DNA from: an uncultured Candidatus Rokubacteria bacterium
GTDB lineage: Bacteria > Methylomirabilota > Methylomirabilia > Rokubacteriales > CSP1-6
Assembly (NCBI GenBank): GCA_963789955.1
Contig: CAWBMV010000001.1
Coordinates: forward strand, 704,001 to 768,000
Length of the DNA: 64,000 nt
Direction: 5' to 3'
A program made the position numbers and the translations under genes. The notes under the pieces were generated by a model, which was given only the letters and a program-made list of their open reading frames with translations, was not told the origin of the DNA and searched no databases. Below are positions 61,421 to 64,000 of this stretch, in pieces; the stretch's first letter is position 1, and the number at the start of each line of letters is the position of its first letter.

Positions 61421-62626
61421 ATGAAAATCTGCTTCTTCCATCTGATGCCGTACCGATTTCTGCCCGAGGACTTCGAGCGGAAGTACCGGTCGGTGTGGGT
61501 GGACGTCCCGCATCACCTGCACGACGCCGAGAAGACCCGCGGCCTGTACCAGGAGTTTCTGGACGAGCTGGAGTTCGCGGAGGCGCAGGGCTTCGACGGC
61601 CTGTGCGTGAACGAGCATCACAACAACGCCTACGGCCTGATGCCCTCCCCGAACCTCATGGCGGCGGCGCTGACGCGGCGGACGTCGCAGGCGGCGCTCG
61701 TCGTCCTCGGTAACAGCCTGGCCGCGTACAACCCGCCGCTCCGCGTGGCCGAGGAGTTCGCGATGCTCGACCTCCTCTCGGGCGGCCGGCTCGTCGCCGG
61801 CTTTCCGGTCGGCACGTCGATGGACATGAACTTCGCGTACGGGATCAACCCGGCGACCCTGCGCGATCGGTACTACGAGGCGCACGACCTCGTCATCCAG
61901 GCGTGGACGCGGCCCGAGGTGTTCGCGTTCAACGGCAAGTACACCCAGGTCCGCTACGCGAACATCTGGCCCCAGCCGCTCCAGAAGCCGCACCCGCCGG
62001 TGTGGATCCCGGGCGGCGGCAGCGTCGAGACGTGGGAGTGGACGGCGAAGCTCGACTACGTCTACTGCTACCTCTCGTACTTCGGCTACAAGCGCGGCCG
62101 CGCCACCATGGACGGCTTCTGGGAGGCGATCGCGCGCGTCGGCGCCGACGACAATCCGTTCCGCGCGGGCTTCCTGCAGCTGGTGTGCGTGTCGGAAACC
62201 GACGCGCAGGCCGAGCGCGACTATTTCCAGCACGTGCACTACTTCTACCAGAAGTGTCTGAACGTCTGGGAAGGCTTCGCGGAGGCACCCGGCTACCGCA
62301 CGGTCAAGACGGTGCAGAGCGGGAGCCGCGCCCAGGTCGGCGCCGCGGCGCGCAAGGCCCGCCAATCGCTCGACTGGGGCCAGTACGTCGACCAGGGCTA
62401 CATCATCGCGGGGAGTCCGCAGACCGTGCGCCAGCAGCTCACCGAGTGCATTCGCAGCCTCCGGGTCGGCCATCTGATGGTGCTGCTCCAGATCGGCAGC
62501 ATGCCGAAGGAGCTGGCGTTCAAGAACACCGAGCTGTTCGCCAAGGAAGTGATGCCGCACGTCCGCGATCAGTGGCCCGGCTACAAGGACCGCTGGTGGC
62601 CGTCGGGCGCCCGGAACGGATCGTGA
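61421..62626 (+). CDS. LLM class flavin-dependent oxidoreductase
   Basis: GFDGLCVNEHH, MPSPNL, PLRVAEEFAMLDLLSGGRL, PLQKPHPPVW, GSPQTV. Confidence 0.92.
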   Translation: MKICFFHLMPYRFLPEDFERKYRSVWVDVPHHLHDAEKTRGLYQEFLDELEFAEAQGFDGLCVNEHHNNAYGLMPSPNLMAAALTRRTSQAALVVLGNSLAAYNPPLRVAEEFAMLDLLSGGRLVAGFPVGTSMDMNFAYGINPATLRDRYYEAHDLVIQAWTRPEVFAFNGKYTQVRYANIWPQPLQKPHPPVWIPGGGSVETWEWTAKLDYVYCYLSYFGYKRGRATMDGFWEAIARVGADDNPFRAGFLQLVCVSETDAQAERDYFQHVHYFYQKCLNVWEGFAEAPGYRTVKTVQSGSRAQVGAAARKARQSLDWGQYVDQGYIIAGSPQTVRQQLTECIRSLRVGHLMVLLQIGSMPKELAFKNTELFAKEVMPHVRDQWPGYKDRWWPSGARNGS

Positions 62627-62654
62627 GCGCAGCGCGATCGACCGAGGTGGCCTG

Positions 62655-63440
62655 ATGCCCGACGCGCACACGATCGAGATCCGGGGCGGCGCCGTGACGT
62701 TCAGGGTCCTCACCGCCGGACGGGGCGCCCCGCTGGTCTATTTCCATTCGTATTTCGAGCGCAGCGCGTGGTCGCCGTTCCTCGACCTCCTGGCCCGGTC
62801 CTTCAGCGTGTACGCGCCGGCCCATCCTGGTGTCGCGGGCTCGAGCGGTATCGAGACGCTCGACGATCTGCTCGATCTCACGCTCGCCTACGACGAGCTC
62901 TTCACCGCGCTGGGCGTCGAGCGGGCCCACCTGGTCGGCCATTCGTTCGGCGCCATGGCCGCCGCGGAGCTCGGCGCCGTCTTCCCGGGACGCGCGCAGA
63001 GCCTGACGCTCGTGTCGCCGCTCGGTCTCTGGCGCGACGACGCTCCGCCGGCTGACATCCTCATCTTGCCCGCCGACGAGCTTGCGGCCGTTCTGTGGCG
63101 CGATCCGACGTCACGCGTCGCCGTCGAGTGGGCCGCGGGCTCGGGCGGCGACCCCGAGGACATCGCCGCGCAGGTCGAGTCGCTCCAGCGCCGGTCGTCG
63201 ATGGCGAAGTTCGTGTGGCCGATCCCCGACAAGGGGCTCCGCCGGCGCCTGCACCGGATCGCGGCACCGACGCTCCTGGTGTGGGGTGACGAGGATCGCG
63301 CGAACCCGGTCGTCTACGCCGAGGAGTGGCAGCGACGCATCAAGGGCGCCGCGCTTCGTCTGCTTCCGGGCGGCCACATGGTCCTGCACGAAACGCCCGA
63401 GCCGGCCGCGCGCGCCGTCGTGGAGCTTGCGCGCTCGTGA
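62655..63440 (+). CDS. Alpha/beta fold hydrolase
   Basis: GHSFG nucleophile elbow, PTLLVWGDED, GHM. Confidence 0.88.
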   Translation: MPDAHTIEIRGGAVTFRVLTAGRGAPLVYFHSYFERSAWSPFLDLLARSFSVYAPAHPGVAGSSGIETLDDLLDLTLAYDELFTALGVERAHLVGHSFGAMAAAELGAVFPGRAQSLTLVSPLGLWRDDAPPADILILPADELAAVLWRDPTSRVAVEWAAGSGGDPEDIAAQVESLQRRSSMAKFVWPIPDKGLRRRLHRIAAPTLLVWGDEDRANPVVYAEEWQRRIKGAALRLLPGGHMVLHETPEPAARAVVELARS

Positions 63441-64000
63441 CTCTGCTCGCCGGTAGCGCCTTCGTCAGCGGCGGCGGCTCGGGGATCGGACGCGCCATCG
63501 CTCAGGCGCTCGCGTCTCAGGGGGCGGCGGTGGCCGTCATGGACCTCTTGCCCGAAGGCGGCAAGGACACCGTCGCGACGATCGCGGCCAAGGGCGGACG
63601 CGCGACGTTCGTGCAGGGTGACGTCGGCCGCTGGGACGACGTCGATCGAGCGGTCGCGGCCGGCGTGCGCGAGCTCGGGCCGCTCGGGATCATGGTCAAC
63701 GCGGCCGGCGTGCTCGACGGCTATGCTCCGGCGGACGAGATCGGCCCGGCGCTGTGGGAGCGTGTCATCGGGATCAACCTCACCGGCACGTTCTACGGCA
63801 GCAAGCGCGCACTGGCCGAGATGCTCCCGCTCGGGCGCGGGCGCATCGTCAACATCGCCTCGGTGGCGGGCCTGGTGGGCTCGGGCGGCGGCGCGGCCTA
63901 CACCGCGTCCAAGCACGGCGTGGTCGGTCTCACTCGCCAGCTCGCGATCACGTACGCCGGACGCGGGATCACGGTGAACGCGATCTGCCCGGGCGCGATC
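63437..64000 (+). CDS. SDR family oxidoreductase, 3' partial
   Basis: SGGGSGIGRA, VNAAG, IVNIASVAG, YTASKHG, VNAICPG. Confidence 0.9.
   Translation, partial: MTLLAGSAFVSGGGSGIGRAIAQALASQGAAVAVMDLLPEGGKDTVATIAAKGGRATFVQGDVGRWDDVDRAVAAGVRELGPLGIMVNAAGVLDGYAPADEIGPALWERVIGINLTGTFYGSKRALAEMLPLGRGRIVNIASVAGLVGSGGGAAYTASKHGVVGLTRQLAITYAGRGITVNAICPGAI

Overview
High-GC (roughly 70% by eye) bacterial core-genome window. The 16S sequence and gene content tentatively suggest Methylomirabilota/Rokubacteria, but this was not verified by a search. It is dominated by translation and envelope housekeeping: hisS-aspS-phoH-ybeY-era-recO-glyQS, PBP1A, tyrS, a complete rRNA operon (16S, tRNA-Ile, tRNA-Ala, 23S, 5S), rhomboid/yacG, a divergent membrane pyrophosphatase, a selenocysteine cluster (selC, three unknown genes, selA, selB, tatA), two GT-C-like membrane proteins, ileS-lspA-rluD, glmU-glmS, pcrA-gatCAB, ftsEX-envC-ctpA, tsaD, an NtrB/NtrC-like pair, TPP riboswitch-thiC, and an LLM/hydrolase/SDR cluster. 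Many genes carry single-base frameshifts that are most likely long-read errors. The most unusual signals are these. (1) A dispersed palindromic repeat family sits in tandem, in multiples of 3 nt, exactly at two operon gene junctions. It is read as protein and ends in CCCCGCTACAATGA, giving the stop/start overlap with the next gene; at tsaD-ntrB it forms a 113-aa repeat-only 'bridge' ORF coupled at both ends. (2) About ten genes have a -10 box only 6-13 nt before the start codon and no SD sequence, suggesting leaderless or very short-leader mRNAs. (3) Three uncharacterised genes are embedded between tRNA-Sec and selAB.
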